Shown: positions 1 through 9,145 of the stretch, in pieces
Layout of the letters: each line of letters starts with the position of its first letter
How positions within the stretch are numbered: position 1 is the stretch's first letter
Assembly (NCBI GenBank): GCA_965247615.1
Contig: OZ252022.1
Span: forward strand, 2,093,395-2,157,394
Direction: 5' to 3'
Length of the DNA: 64,000 nucleotides
Source: Dehalococcoidia bacterium
Lineage (GTDB): Bacteria > Chloroflexota > Dehalococcoidia > Lucifugimonadales > UBA1127
Program-made: the position numbers and the translations under genes
The notes under the pieces: generated by a model
What the model was told of the DNA's origin: nothing
The model's input: the letters and a program-made list of their open reading frames with translations, nothing else
Database searches by the model: none

Positions 1-353
1 ACCCTGCCGTTGCACCAAGGCTGGCGCGCCGCCCACTCCACGGTGTCATACCCGTCCCGCGGCTCTTGGACCAGAAATTCCAGCTCGCCCTCGGAGGCGT
101 AGCAGCCCCGGCAGTCCTGCGTGACCACGGCGTAGCCGTAGCTCGCGAAGAGCCGGTCGCGCTGCGACCGCTCCCGGTCACCCTTGTCGTAGGGCGTGCG
201 CTCCAAGAGCACTGGCAGCGGCTCCTCGACGACGCAACCCTCCCGCGCCGGGCGGTAGAGGTCCGCAGCCAGCCGGACACCGTCCCGCATGGACGCCATG
301 AGGTCGCGCTGTACCACCACGTCGAAGGGGCCCAGGGGAGCAGGCACTGCCAT
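1..353 (-). CDS. CocE/NonD-family (S15 X-Pro dipeptidyl-peptidase-like) alpha/beta hydrolase, N-terminal part; gene runs off the left window edge
   Basis: Own reverse-strand translation from ATG (complement of cat 351-353, preceded by AAGGAGG): MAVPAPLGPFDVVVQRDLMASMRDGVRLAADLYRPA...LLERTPYDK...YGYAVVTQDCRGCYASEG...RDGYDTVEWAARQPWCNG. This is a typical CocE/NonD N-terminus. It is absent from the ORF track because it is open at the window edge. Confidence 0.7.
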   Translation of the reverse strand, partial: MAVPAPLGPFDVVVQRDLMASMRDGVRLAADLYRPAREGCVVEEPLPVLLERTPYDKGDRERSQRDRLFASYGYAVVTQDCRGCYASEGELEFLVQEPRDGYDTVEWAARQPWCNGR

Positions 354-453
354 CCTCCTTTATGTCAACGATTGGCCGCGCCGGGGAGAAGTCGGCGCAG
401 CGTCCGCGCAAGTGCTACAATTGATGCATCGCCAAGAAGCTCAGAGGAGGTGG

Positions 454-819
454 ATGATGATTAACCTGGACCATACTATCGTTCCCGCCCACGACAAGGA
501 AGCCTCGGCTAAGTTTTTCGCCCACATCTTCGGCTTCACCTACGAGGGCATCCACGGTCCCTTCGCGCCCGTCCGCATCAGCGACGCCACCACCCTCGAC
601 TTCGCTGACCGGCCCGAGGTCCCTCACCACCACTACGCCTTCCACGTCGATGACGCCACATTCGACGACATCTTCGGCCGCGTCAAGGAAGAGGCCCTCG
701 CCTACGGCAGCGGACCCCGGGACACCGACAACATGCAGTTCAACGACCGCCTGGGCGGACGGGGCTTCTACTTCCTCGACCCCAACGGCCACAGCTACGA
801 GCTGATGACCCGGCGCTAG
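454..819 (+). CDS. VOC/glyoxalase-family protein
   Basis: ATG at 454 lies 4 nt after GAGGAGG, inside ORF 289..819. The 121-aa product (MMINLDHTIVPAHDKEASAKFFAHIFGF...HYAFHVDD...GGRGFYFLDPNGHSYELM) has the glyoxalase/bleomycin-resistance fold pattern. Confidence 0.85.
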   Translation: MMINLDHTIVPAHDKEASAKFFAHIFGFTYEGIHGPFAPVRISDATTLDFADRPEVPHHHYAFHVDDATFDDIFGRVKEEALAYGSGPRDTDNMQFNDRLGGRGFYFLDPNGHSYELMTRR

Positions 820-964
820 CCCTCGCGCTTCCGTCCCCGGCAGTCCCGCGAACGTCGCTGGCTCTCGCCTTTGCGGCGGCGATGGTCGTCTACCCGCATC
901 GGGCGCGACTCAGCGCCCAAGTAGAAGTCATGGCAGACAGCGCCTCCCCTTTTGACCATGCTAC

Positions 965-1012
965 GGCGAAGCGGGCGCAGACAGTACAGCTGCAGCCTGC
1001 GCCCGCTTCGCC
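965..1012. repeat. Perfect 16-bp inverted repeat (GGCGAAGCGGGCGCAG / CTGCGCCCGCTTCGCC) with a 16-nt spacer
   Basis: Arms at 965-980 and 997-1012 are exact reverse complements. The spacer ACAGTACAGCTGCAGC contains CAGCTG/CTGCAG. It lies 38 bp upstream of the -35 box of the Rieske oxygenase promoter candidate. No U-tract follows. Confidence 0.8.
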
Positions 1013-1049
1013 GCTGCGCCCCCCCCCGATGCGTTCAGCCGCGCACGCG

Positions 1050-1079
1050 TTGACAGCGCGAGGCGAATGCCGGTAGAAT
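1050..1079 (+). promoter_or_regulatory. Sigma70-like promoter candidate for the Rieske oxygenase gene
   Basis: TTGACA (1050-1055), 18-nt spacer, TAGAAT (1074-1079), 44 nt upstream of ATG 1123. Confidence 0.5.
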
Positions 1080-1122
1080 CCGCCCCAACAGTCGCACACG
1101 CACACCAGTGCAGGAGAAGGAC

Positions 1123-2409
1123 ATGCTCAGCTTCAGAGAAAACGAGGTTCTGACCCAGGTTGGTCCCGGCACTCCCATGGGGGAGCTGATGCGCCGCTAC
1201 TGGCACCCCATCGCCGCCCTCTCCCAGTTGGAGGAGAACCCCACCAAGTCAGTCCGCATCCTCGGCGAAGACCTGGTGCTGTACAAGGACCGCTCCGGCA
1301 CTTTCGGCCTCATCCAGGAGTCCTGCCCCCACCGCCGTGTCAACCTCCTCTACGGTATCCCGGAGCAGCAGGGCATCCGATGCCCCTACCACGGCTGGAT
1401 GTTCGACGAGACGGGCAGGTGCCTTGAGATGCCGGCTGAGGCCCCGGACAGCACCTTCAAGGACCGCGTCACCGCCGTGACCTACCCCGTCGAGTCCCTG
1501 GGCGGCCTCATCTTCGCCTACCTCGGCCCCCAGCCCGCGCCCCTTCTCCCCCGCTGGGAGTGGCTCGTCCAGGAGCACGCCTACCGCCAGGTGGATATCT
1601 CCGTGCTCCCCTGCAACTGGCTCCAGTGCATGGAGAACTCCATGGACCCCATCCACCTCGAGTGGCTCCACGGCCACCTCTCCAACTACGTCTACGAGCG
1701 CAGGGGCATGCCCCCGGAGTTCCGACGCACCGTCCCCAAGCACCTCAAGATCGGCTTCGACATCTTCGAGCACGGCCTCATCAAGCGTCGCGTCTTTGAG
1801 GGCGAGACCGAGCAGGACGCCGACTGGGCCGTCGGCCATCCCGTCCTCTTCCCCAACATCCTCTCCAACCCCAATGAGTTTCGCGTCCCCATCGACGACA
1901 CACACACCCTGGAGCTCGAGTACGAGGTCCATCCCCTCCCGCTGGACGTTCCCGCACCGCCGCTAGAGGAGATCGCCGTCTACCACCGCCCCCTCAGGAA
2001 CGAGGACGGACGCCTTGACGCCAGCTACGTCCGCGCCCAGGACATGCTGGCCTGGGTGAGCCAGGGACCCCTGGCCGAGCGGCACCTGGAGCGCCTGGGT
2101 GAGTCCGACAAGGGGATCATCCTCTACCGCCGCCTCCTCAAGCAGCAGATACGCATCGTGGAGGACGGCGGCGACCCCATGAACACCTTCCGCAATCCCG
2201 CTGCCAACGTCTGCATCGAGCTTCCCAACGAGTCCAAGGGCGCCGCCCAGGGGCTCAAGTCCGTGCGCAAGGACGGCGTCGTCGCCCGCGCGAAGGTGCA
2301 AGAGCCCCTGAAGCCCTGGGTCAACCCGGCCCCCTGGGCCGCCAACGGGCTCCGGCACTACCTGGCGCGCGTGCAGGGAACGGCGGCCCCGGAAGAGGCC
2401 AAGACCTAG
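1123..2409 (+). CDS. Rieske [2Fe-2S] non-heme iron oxygenase, alpha subunit (phthalate/PaO-Tic55-like single-component type)
   Basis: Rieske motif CPHRRVNLLYG...CPYHGWMFD and mononuclear-iron motif NSMDPIHLEWLHGH. ATG 1123 is preceded by GGAGAAGG; the ORF track starts at GTG 1108. Confidence 0.9.
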   Translation: MLSFRENEVLTQVGPGTPMGELMRRYWHPIAALSQLEENPTKSVRILGEDLVLYKDRSGTFGLIQESCPHRRVNLLYGIPEQQGIRCPYHGWMFDETGRCLEMPAEAPDSTFKDRVTAVTYPVESLGGLIFAYLGPQPAPLLPRWEWLVQEHAYRQVDISVLPCNWLQCMENSMDPIHLEWLHGHLSNYVYERRGMPPEFRRTVPKHLKIGFDIFEHGLIKRRVFEGETEQDADWAVGHPVLFPNILSNPNEFRVPIDDTHTLELEYEVHPLPLDVPAPPLEEIAVYHRPLRNEDGRLDASYVRAQDMLAWVSQGPLAERHLERLGESDKGIILYRRLLKQQIRIVEDGGDPMNTFRNPAANVCIELPNESKGAAQGLKSVRKDGVVARAKVQEPLKPWVNPAPWAANGLRHYLARVQGTAAPEEAKT

Positions 2410-2434
2410 AGACGCCACTAAAGGCCGAAACCTC

Positions 2435-2481
2435 AGCCGTCCCATCCCGAGGCGTCCCGCCCGGATGGGACGGCTCTTTCG
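2435..2481. terminator. Bidirectional intrinsic-terminator-like hairpin between convergent genes
   Basis: Perfect 13-bp stem AGCCGTCCCATCC (2435-2447) / GGATGGGACGGCT (2463-2475) with a 15-nt loop, followed by CTTTCG. It lies between the stop codons at 2409 (+) and 2513 (-). Confidence 0.6.
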
Positions 2482-2512
2482 TGGCAGCGCAGCCAGCCTC
2501 CGCGGAACCCGC

Positions 2513-4003
2513 CTACGAGGCGTACGGGTCGGGTGTCTTCTCCGCCAGGTCCACCCACACGCTCTTGACCTGCGTGTACAGGCTCATCACCTCCAAGCCG
2601 TTCTCACGCCCGTACCCGCTCATCTTGTACCCGCCGAAGGGCGACGCCCAGTGGAGCCGCCGGTAGCAGTTCACCCACACCGTCCCCGCCTTGATCCTCC
2701 GGGCCACCCGGTGCGCCCGCCTGATGTCCTGCGTCCACACGCCGCCGGCCAGCCCGTACCGCACGCCGTTGGCCTTGGCGATGAGCTCATCCTCGTCGTC
2801 GAAGACCCCCGCCGCAATGACCGGGCCGAAGATCTCCTCCTGGGCGATGCGCATCCCGTTCTCCACATCGCCGAACACCGTCGGCGTGAAGAAGTAGCCG
2901 CCTGACAGCGCCGGGTCCTCGGGCGGCCCTCCGCCGGCCAGCAGCGTGGCGCCCTCCGCCTTGCCAATGTCGACGTAGCTCATGATCTTCTGGACCTGCT
3001 CCTCGGACGTCTGGGACCCCATCTGAGTCTCGCGCAGCAGCGGATCGCCCACACGAATCCGCTTGGCACGCTCCGACAGCTTCGTGAGAAACTCGTCGTA
3101 GATACGCCGCTGGACGAACAGCCGCGATCCCGCCACGCACGTCTGCCCCGCCGCCACGAAGACCCCCGACGCCGCGCCGATGAGCGCGTTGTCCATGTCC
3201 GCGTCCGCAAAGACGATGTGGGGCGACTTCCCGCCCAGCTCGAAGGAGACGTGCTTGAGCGTCGCCGCCGCCTCCCGGGCGATGATCTGCCCCGTCACGG
3301 TCTCCCCCGTAAACGCGATCTTGTCCACCTCTGGGTGCTTCACGAGCGCCGCCCCCGCCGTCTCGCCGAACCCCGTGACCACGTTGACCACACCCGGCGG
3401 GAACCCCGCCCGCTCAACCAGCTTGGCAAACTCCAGCGCCGTCACCGGCGTCTGTTCCGCCGGCTTCAGGACCACCGTATTGCCCGCAGCCAGTGCGGGC
3501 GCCAGCTTGAAGGCGATCATCAGCAGCGGCGAGTTCCACGGCACGATGGCGCCCACCACCCCAACGGGCTCCCGCAACGTGTAATTGAGCATGCTGTTGC
3601 CCAAGGGAATAGTCTCGCCCTGGATCTTGTCTGCCAGCCCCGCGAAGTAGTAGTACCAGTTGGCGATGGCAGGCATCTCCACGCCGCCCGTCTCCCTGAT
3701 GGCCTTGCCATTGTCCAGAGTCTCCAGCTCCGCCAGGTAGTCGATGTTCTCCTTCACCAGGTCCCCAAGCCTGCGTATGAGGTGGCCCCGCTCCGTGGGC
3801 GTGATGCTCCCCCAGGGGCCGCTCTCGAACGCTGCACGGGCCGCCATCACTGCCCGGTCCACGTCGGCCGCGTCTCCCTCTGGCGCCGTGGCCCACACCT
3901 CCCCCTTCGCCGGGTTGATGCTCTCGAAGCTCCGGCCCGATGCCGCGTCCTCCCACTGTCCGTTGATGAAGAGCTTGCGCTGCTGCAATCCCGTGGCGGC
4001 CAT
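2513..4003 (-). CDS. NAD(P)-dependent aldehyde dehydrogenase
   Basis: ALDH signatures FELGGKSP and GQTCVAGSR. The start is moved to ATG 4003 (MAATGLQQRKLFINGQWEDA), which follows GGGGAGGAG. The ORF track extends to 4150. Confidence 0.9.
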   Translation of the reverse strand: MAATGLQQRKLFINGQWEDAASGRSFESINPAKGEVWATAPEGDAADVDRAVMAARAAFESGPWGSITPTERGHLIRRLGDLVKENIDYLAELETLDNGKAIRETGGVEMPAIANWYYYFAGLADKIQGETIPLGNSMLNYTLREPVGVVGAIVPWNSPLLMIAFKLAPALAAGNTVVLKPAEQTPVTALEFAKLVERAGFPPGVVNVVTGFGETAGAALVKHPEVDKIAFTGETVTGQIIAREAAATLKHVSFELGGKSPHIVFADADMDNALIGAASGVFVAAGQTCVAGSRLFVQRRIYDEFLTKLSERAKRIRVGDPLLRETQMGSQTSEEQVQKIMSYVDIGKAEGATLLAGGGPPEDPALSGGYFFTPTVFGDVENGMRIAQEEIFGPVIAAGVFDDEDELIAKANGVRYGLAGGVWTQDIRRAHRVARRIKAGTVWVNCYRRLHWASPFGGYKMSGYGRENGLEVMSLYTQVKSVWVDLAEKTPDPYAS

Positions 4004-4179
4004 TCCACTCCTCCCCTCAATCGAATATCTGGTGCCGACGCCCAGCATAGTATCCCCGCCGCCAACCCTGTCAAGGCTACGGGAGCCACCCTCCGTCCGG
4101 TTGACCCTGCCCGCAGCAATTCGTACTATGGCACCAGCGCCAAGAGCCAACCCCCCGGCGGTTGATGGAAGGTCATGCC

Positions 4180-5376
4180 ATGAAGTGGGCTTCGTCGGTC
4201 TCCGATCGCGCGTCCCTGGACCAGGCAGTGGGAGAGTGTGTCAAGTCGCTGAGCGCTGAGCTCGGCGACAGCCCCGCAGACCTCGTCCTCGCCTTCCCCT
4301 CAGCACACCACAGCCCGCATTACGACCGGATCCCCGCCCTCGTCCACGAGGCCCTGGGCCCCGCGCTACTTCTCGGGTGCTCTGCCGGCGGCGTCATAGG
4401 CGGCGGCCGCGAGATCGAGCAGCGTCCGGGCCTCGCCCTGACCGCCGCCCGCATGCCGGACGTCACCCTCCAACCCTTCAGCGTGGAAGACGCCTCCATG
4501 CCGGACCCGGACGCTCCACCGGACCGCTGGGAAGCCATGGCTGGCGTTACCGTCGACGCGGCGCCACAGTTCATCCTGCTGGCAGACCCCTTCACCCTCG
4601 GCGCCGATCGCCTCCTGGCGGGGCTGGACTACGCCTTTCCGGCCAGCGCCAAGATCGGCGGCCTCGCCAGTGGCGCCAACCGGCCCGGCGGCAACGCCCT
4701 CTTCCTGGGGGAAACCGCCCTGCGCCAGGGCGCCGTCGGAGTGGCGATGCACGGGGATGTAACCATGGACACTATCGTCGCCCAGGGCTGCCGCCCCATC
4801 GGCCGGCCCATGCAGATCACGGCCTGCCTCCGCAACCTGCTCTTGGAGCTCGACGGCGAGATGTGCCTGAATGTGCTTCGCGAGCTCTTCGCCCGGCTCA
4901 GCCAGCGCGACCAAGAATTGGCGCGGCACTCCCTCTTCCTCGGTGTCGTCATGGACGAGCTCATCGAACGCCCGGAGCAGGGCGACTTCCTCATCCGCAA
5001 CATCATGGGCGCCGATGGCGAACGCGGCGCTCTCGCCATCGGCGAAACGCTGAAGGAGGGTCAGACCGTCCAGTTCCATCTGCGCGACGCCACCACATCG
5101 GCCGAGGACCTGGAAGCGGTGCTCTCACGCTATGAAGGAATGCGCGAAGGCCTGGCGACAGAGGGCGCGCTGCTCTTCTCATGCCTTGGCCGCGGGCAGC
5201 AACTCTACGGCCGCCCCGACCACGACACCGAGATGTTCCACAGCAAGATGGGTCCGGTCCCCCTCACCGGCTTCTTCTGCAACGGGGAGATCGGCCCCGT
5301 GGGCGGAGCCACATTCCTTCACGGCTACACCAGCTCCTTCGGCGTCTTCCGCCCGCGCCAGCGGATCATAGCCTAG
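4180..5376 (+). CDS. FIST-domain (FIST_N/FIST_C) sensory protein
   Basis: N-terminus MKWASSVSDRASLDQAV...ADLVLAFPSAHH...LLGCSAGGVIGG and a C-terminal GFFCNGEIGP pattern typical of FIST proteins. ATG 4180 lies 7 nt after GGAAGG. Confidence 0.75.
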   Translation: MKWASSVSDRASLDQAVGECVKSLSAELGDSPADLVLAFPSAHHSPHYDRIPALVHEALGPALLLGCSAGGVIGGGREIEQRPGLALTAARMPDVTLQPFSVEDASMPDPDAPPDRWEAMAGVTVDAAPQFILLADPFTLGADRLLAGLDYAFPASAKIGGLASGANRPGGNALFLGETALRQGAVGVAMHGDVTMDTIVAQGCRPIGRPMQITACLRNLLLELDGEMCLNVLRELFARLSQRDQELARHSLFLGVVMDELIERPEQGDFLIRNIMGADGERGALAIGETLKEGQTVQFHLRDATTSAEDLEAVLSRYEGMREGLATEGALLFSCLGRGQQLYGRPDHDTEMFHSKMGPVPLTGFFCNGEIGPVGGATFLHGYTSSFGVFRPRQRIIA

Positions 5377-5395
5377 CCGAAGCAACCGCGCGGCC

Positions 5396-6334
5396 CTAGC
5401 CCACCTTGCGAAGCTTCTTCAGGCTCTTGAGCTCCCTAGGCGGGTCCAGATGCCTGCCGCCCATCGTGAATGATACCTCGGCCACGTAGATGTCACCGTG
5501 CGAGTCGACCGCGATGCCGTGAGGCGCCACGAACTTGCCGGGCTCCTCGCCCTCTTCGGGGTCCCCGAAGCGCGCCAACAGCTCGCCCTTCAGGTTCAGG
5601 ATGCTGACCCGGTGACCCAGCCCCGGCGCGTCGTCGAAACCGTTCAGCTCCCCAATGTACATGTTCAGGTCCGGCCCCAGCGTCATCCCGTCCGGCCGGT
5701 GGATGTTGTGCCACTCCGCCTGGAACTTGCCGTCCGCGTCGAACACCTGCACCCGGTGGTTCTCCCGGTCCGCCACATACACGTTGTCGTCCGCATCTAT
5801 GGCCACGTTGTGGGGCCGGTAGAACTGCCCCGGATCCACGCCGGGCTCTCCCCAAGACATGACGTGCCGGCCGTCCGGCGTGAATTTGTGCACCCGCGAG
5901 TTCCCATATCCGTCGCTAATGTACAGATAGCCCGTCTTGGGCGACACCGCAAGGTGTGTCGGACGGTTGAAGGGAAGCCCGCTCCACTTGTCCGCCGGCT
6001 TGTCCTCGCTCCCTATCGTCAGCAGCAGCTTCCCCTCCGGGTTGAACTGCGTGACCGTGTGGTGCCCGTCGTCCACGCAGTACACGGAGTCGTCCGGGCC
6101 AATGAACAGCCCGTGGGTCCGCGGCGTGAACAGCCCCTCGCCGAACGACCTGAGGAAGTTCCCCTCCCGGTCGAACACAATCACCGGATGCTCCCCACGT
6201 GTGAACGCAAAGACCCGGTCCTGCGAGTCCACCGCGACCCCCGGTGTCTCCTTCAGCGTCCAGCCATCGGGAAGTTTGGCCCACTCATCCAACGCCTCAT
6301 ATGTGAAGGCTCCCGTGCCCAACGTAACGCTCAT
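5396..6334 (-). CDS. NHL-repeat six-bladed beta-propeller protein (peptidylamidoglycolate-lyase-like)
   Basis: Repeated blades of the form ...VAVDSQDRVF.., VYCVDDGHH.., LYISDGYGNSRVHKF.., VYVADRENHRVQVFD.., IYVAEV. AAGGAG precedes ATG 6334. Confidence 0.8.
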   Translation of the reverse strand: MSVTLGTGAFTYEALDEWAKLPDGWTLKETPGVAVDSQDRVFAFTRGEHPVIVFDREGNFLRSFGEGLFTPRTHGLFIGPDDSVYCVDDGHHTVTQFNPEGKLLLTIGSEDKPADKWSGLPFNRPTHLAVSPKTGYLYISDGYGNSRVHKFTPDGRHVMSWGEPGVDPGQFYRPHNVAIDADDNVYVADRENHRVQVFDADGKFQAEWHNIHRPDGMTLGPDLNMYIGELNGFDDAPGLGHRVSILNLKGELLARFGDPEEGEEPGKFVAPHGIAVDSHGDIYVAEVSFTMGGRHLDPPRELKSLKKLRKVG

Positions 6335-6501
6335 ATCGCTTCACTCCTTGCCTTCTGCGTCGCCGCGCGCGATCATGCCGTCCCTCCGCATATCAGCGCC
6401 CGGCCGCTCAATTGTCTCGCCGGTCACCGGCATCCTAGAGACGGCCCCCGCCAATGTCAACCGACGCCCCCTCCATGGCCCATCTCTCCCACCCCCACTC
6501 T

Positions 6502-6583
6502 CCCGCTCATCGTGAACCGCCGAACCAAATGCGCGTCCGCCCACGCCGCCCACTCTCCCCTACTAGCCGCCGCGCTAGCGGCC
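6502..6583 (+). repeat. Intergenic repeat family, copy F (head + tail modules)
   Basis: CCCGCTCATCGTGAACCGCCGAACCAAATGCGCGTCCGCCCACGCCG...CTAGCCGCCGCGCTAGCGGCC. It aligns over about 80 nt with copy D (57996-58073). The 19-mer 6565-6583 is identical to 48001-48019. Confidence 0.8.
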
Positions 6584-7674
6584 TAGCCGCCGCTCCGCGC
6601 CAACTCCTCCGCCACGTACTCCTCCAGCAGCGCCAGGTTGGCCGGATAGGGGCGCAGCGTGTGCTCGTTGACCAGCCGCGCCACCCTCACGATGGCTCGG
6701 TTGTACGGCGTTGGAATCTCCAACTCCTCCGCCCGTTCCACCACGTAGCCGTTCAGCTGCTCCACCTCCATTGGCATGCCCCGTAGCGCGTCGTGGAGCG
6801 TGGACGGGCGCGTCACCCTCGTCATCGCCTTGGCCTGCTCCACCACCAGCTCCTCCAGGTCCGGCCTACTCCCCGCGGCGGCCTCCTTGACGTCCTGTGC
6901 GCTAAAGATGACCCCCACGCTCCCCCCAAAACCGCCGAACTTGATGCCCAGCTGCTCCCCCACTGCGATCGCCTCCGCCTGCAGCGCCCAACGCAGTCGC
7001 GCCGTGCCGTTCAGCGTCAGCTCCCGCGTGTCCCAGGACGTGATGGCCGCCAGGAGATTGCCTCCGCAGTTGACGATGAACTTGGTCCAGACTTCATCCA
7101 TCACGTGGTCGGAGACCTCGCACGTCCCCACGCTTTCGCGGAACATCTGCGCCAGCCCCTCCATTCTGGGCGTGGTCCCGCCCGAGTACTCCCCGATCAT
7201 GTATTCCACCGCCCCGGGCGTCGAGCCCCCGCCGTGCGTGCGATGAATGTGCCCCGGCTCCCACGTCTGGGCCGCCATCAGCGTCTCGCACCCGATGGTG
7301 CGCTCGGGCCCCACAACCTCCGCGATGATCGGCTCGTTGATGCCGTTCTGCACCGACACCACCATTGCGTCGTCTGCCAGGTACGGCCTGATCAGCTCGG
7401 CGTACTTGCGCGTGTTGTAGCCCTTCACCGACAGGACCACGATGTCCAGCTTCCCCTCAACCTGGTCGAGCTCATCCGTATGGAGCGCCGGAATCACGCC
7501 CTGCCATTCGGTCCGTGCTCCCGTGTACCCCTCGGTCATCAGGAGGCCCACCGTGCGTATGGCTTCGACGTGCGGCCTCCACGGATCGATGATCGTCACG
7601 TCATTGCCGCCCCGATGCAGGCCAATCGCCACGATGCCACCCATGGCCCCGGCGCCCATGACTGCGATCTTCAT
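6583..7674 (-). CDS. Ketopantoate reductase (PanE/ApbA) family oxidoreductase
   Basis: N-terminal Rossmann motif MKIAVMGAGAMGGIVA. Length of 363 aa and overall pattern fit the 2-dehydropantoate 2-reductase family; the substrate is not inferable. Confidence 0.8.
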   Translation of the reverse strand: MKIAVMGAGAMGGIVAIGLHRGGNDVTIIDPWRPHVEAIRTVGLLMTEGYTGARTEWQGVIPALHTDELDQVEGKLDIVVLSVKGYNTRKYAELIRPYLADDAMVVSVQNGINEPIIAEVVGPERTIGCETLMAAQTWEPGHIHRTHGGGSTPGAVEYMIGEYSGGTTPRMEGLAQMFRESVGTCEVSDHVMDEVWTKFIVNCGGNLLAAITSWDTRELTLNGTARLRWALQAEAIAVGEQLGIKFGGFGGSVGVIFSAQDVKEAAAGSRPDLEELVVEQAKAMTRVTRPSTLHDALRGMPMEVEQLNGYVVERAEELEIPTPYNRAIVRVARLVNEHTLRPYPANLALLEEYVAEELARSGG

Positions 7675-7818
7675 TGCACACCCCCGTATACCCGTTCAAG
7701 GCTTTCCCGTGCGACAAACCGCATCATACCGGCCCCGCTGTCCCCTTTCAACAGACCTTCCCGGCCTTCCCATCCCCAGCAAAGCCGTCGTGCCAACGAC
7801 CCCTGCAAATCAGCACTC

Positions 7819-7848
7819 TTGACATGAGACTGCGAATGCGGTTACACT
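7819..7848 (+). promoter_or_regulatory. Sigma70-like promoter candidate for the Fur-family regulator/NicO operon
   Basis: TTGACA (7819-7824), 18-nt spacer, TACACT (7843-7848). A TTGCAA half-site follows at 7852-7857. Confidence 0.45.
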
Positions 7849-7877
7849 CACTTGCAAATGGTCGCGGAAGCACCTCA

Positions 7878-8297
7878 ATGCAACACAACAAGCCACTGGA
7901 AGCTCTCAAGGGGACCGGGTCTCGCCTGACCCCCCAGCGGGTCATGATCCTCCAGGCCATCACCGGCGGAGAGGGCCACATGACCGCGGAGGAAATTCAC
8001 GACAAGGTCAAGGAAATCTATCCCTATATGGACCTGGCCACCGTCTACCGCACCCTCCAGCTCTTCAAGCGGCTCCTTCTGATCACGGAGATAGACCTGG
8101 GCGCCGGCGCCAGCCAGTACGAGCTCGCCGGCGAACGGCGCCACCACCACCTCATCTGCCGATCCTGCGGCGCTGCCTTCGACCTGCCCCTCGACTTCCT
8201 AGACAACCTCCGCCAGCGCCTGCGCACGACATTCGGCTTCGAGCCCGACCTGGAGAACTTCACCCTCCCCGGCCTCTGCGCCGCCTGTGGAGGATAG
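7878..8297 (+). CDS. Fur-family metalloregulator (Fur/Zur/Nur type not resolved)
   Basis: 139-aa product from ATG 7878: LTPQRVMILQAI...HMTAEEIHDKV...ATVYRTLQLF winged helix, HHHLICRSCG...CAACGG metal sites. The ORF track starts at 7674. Confidence 0.9.
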   Translation: MQHNKPLEALKGTGSRLTPQRVMILQAITGGEGHMTAEEIHDKVKEIYPYMDLATVYRTLQLFKRLLLITEIDLGAGASQYELAGERRHHHLICRSCGAAFDLPLDFLDNLRQRLRTTFGFEPDLENFTLPGLCAACGG

Positions 8298-8376
8298 CGG
8301 CGGCCAGTTATCCCGTCGCTGATCAGTACCAGCAACGCGAACAACCACGACATAGCTATGAGGGGGACCATCGAGT

Positions 8377-9126
8377 ATGGAGGTACAATCGGGCGCCATC
8401 ATCGCCCTGACCCTGGGTTTCTTGCTCGGTCTGAAGCACGCCACCGACGCCGACCATGTCGTCGCGGTGTCGACTATCGTCAGTGAGTACCGCAACGCCT
8501 GGAAGGGCATCTGGGTCGGCGCCTCCTGGGGCCTCGGCCACACCACGCCGCTCTTGGTGCTCGGCATCGTCATCTTGCTCCTGAAGGACGTTGCACTGAG
8601 CCGCTACGAGCCCATCGCCCCCGTCTTTGAGTTCGGCGTAGGCGTGATGATGGTCTTCCTGGGGCTTCAGGTGTTCTGGAACCTGCGCCGAGGCCGCCTG
8701 CACGTCCACGAGCACCAGCACGATGCCCAAGCCCACTTGCACATTCACGGCACCCATGAAGCCTCGGAGGAGGCGGTCTCCCTCGAGTCCCACGGCTTCT
8801 TCAAGCCCGGCCGGCCCTTCTTCCGTGCCAAGTCCTACTTGATCGGCATCATCCACGGCCTGGCCGGCAGCGCCGCCGTGATGCTCGTGCTCCTGCCCCA
8901 GATCACCTCCTTCGCCGTGGGGTTCGGCTACCTGCTCCTCTTCGGAGTCGGGACCATCCTCTCCATGGCGGCCACCACCCTCGTTCTGGGTGTGCCCTTC
9001 GCCATGAGCGGCAGGTTCCAGTCCCTCAACCGCTCTATAGCCGGTATCGCAGGGGCGGCGAGTGTCCTATTCGGCGGCGCCCTCATGTCGGACATCGCCC
9101 TCGGCACTGCCCTCGTCCCATTCTAG
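8377..9126 (+). CDS. NicO/NiCoT-like nickel/cobalt transporter with His-rich loop
   Basis: GLKHATDADHVVAV matches the NiCoT signature HAxDADH. About six TM segments and a loop HVHEHQHDAQAHLHIHGTHE. It lies 79 nt downstream of the Fur-family gene. Confidence 0.8.
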   Translation: MEVQSGAIIALTLGFLLGLKHATDADHVVAVSTIVSEYRNAWKGIWVGASWGLGHTTPLLVLGIVILLLKDVALSRYEPIAPVFEFGVGVMMVFLGLQVFWNLRRGRLHVHEHQHDAQAHLHIHGTHEASEEAVSLESHGFFKPGRPFFRAKSYLIGIIHGLAGSAAVMLVLLPQITSFAVGFGYLLLFGVGTILSMAATTLVLGVPFAMSGRFQSLNRSIAGIAGAASVLFGGALMSDIALGTALVPF

Positions 9127-9145
9127 GCACAGCCCAACCGGCGGC

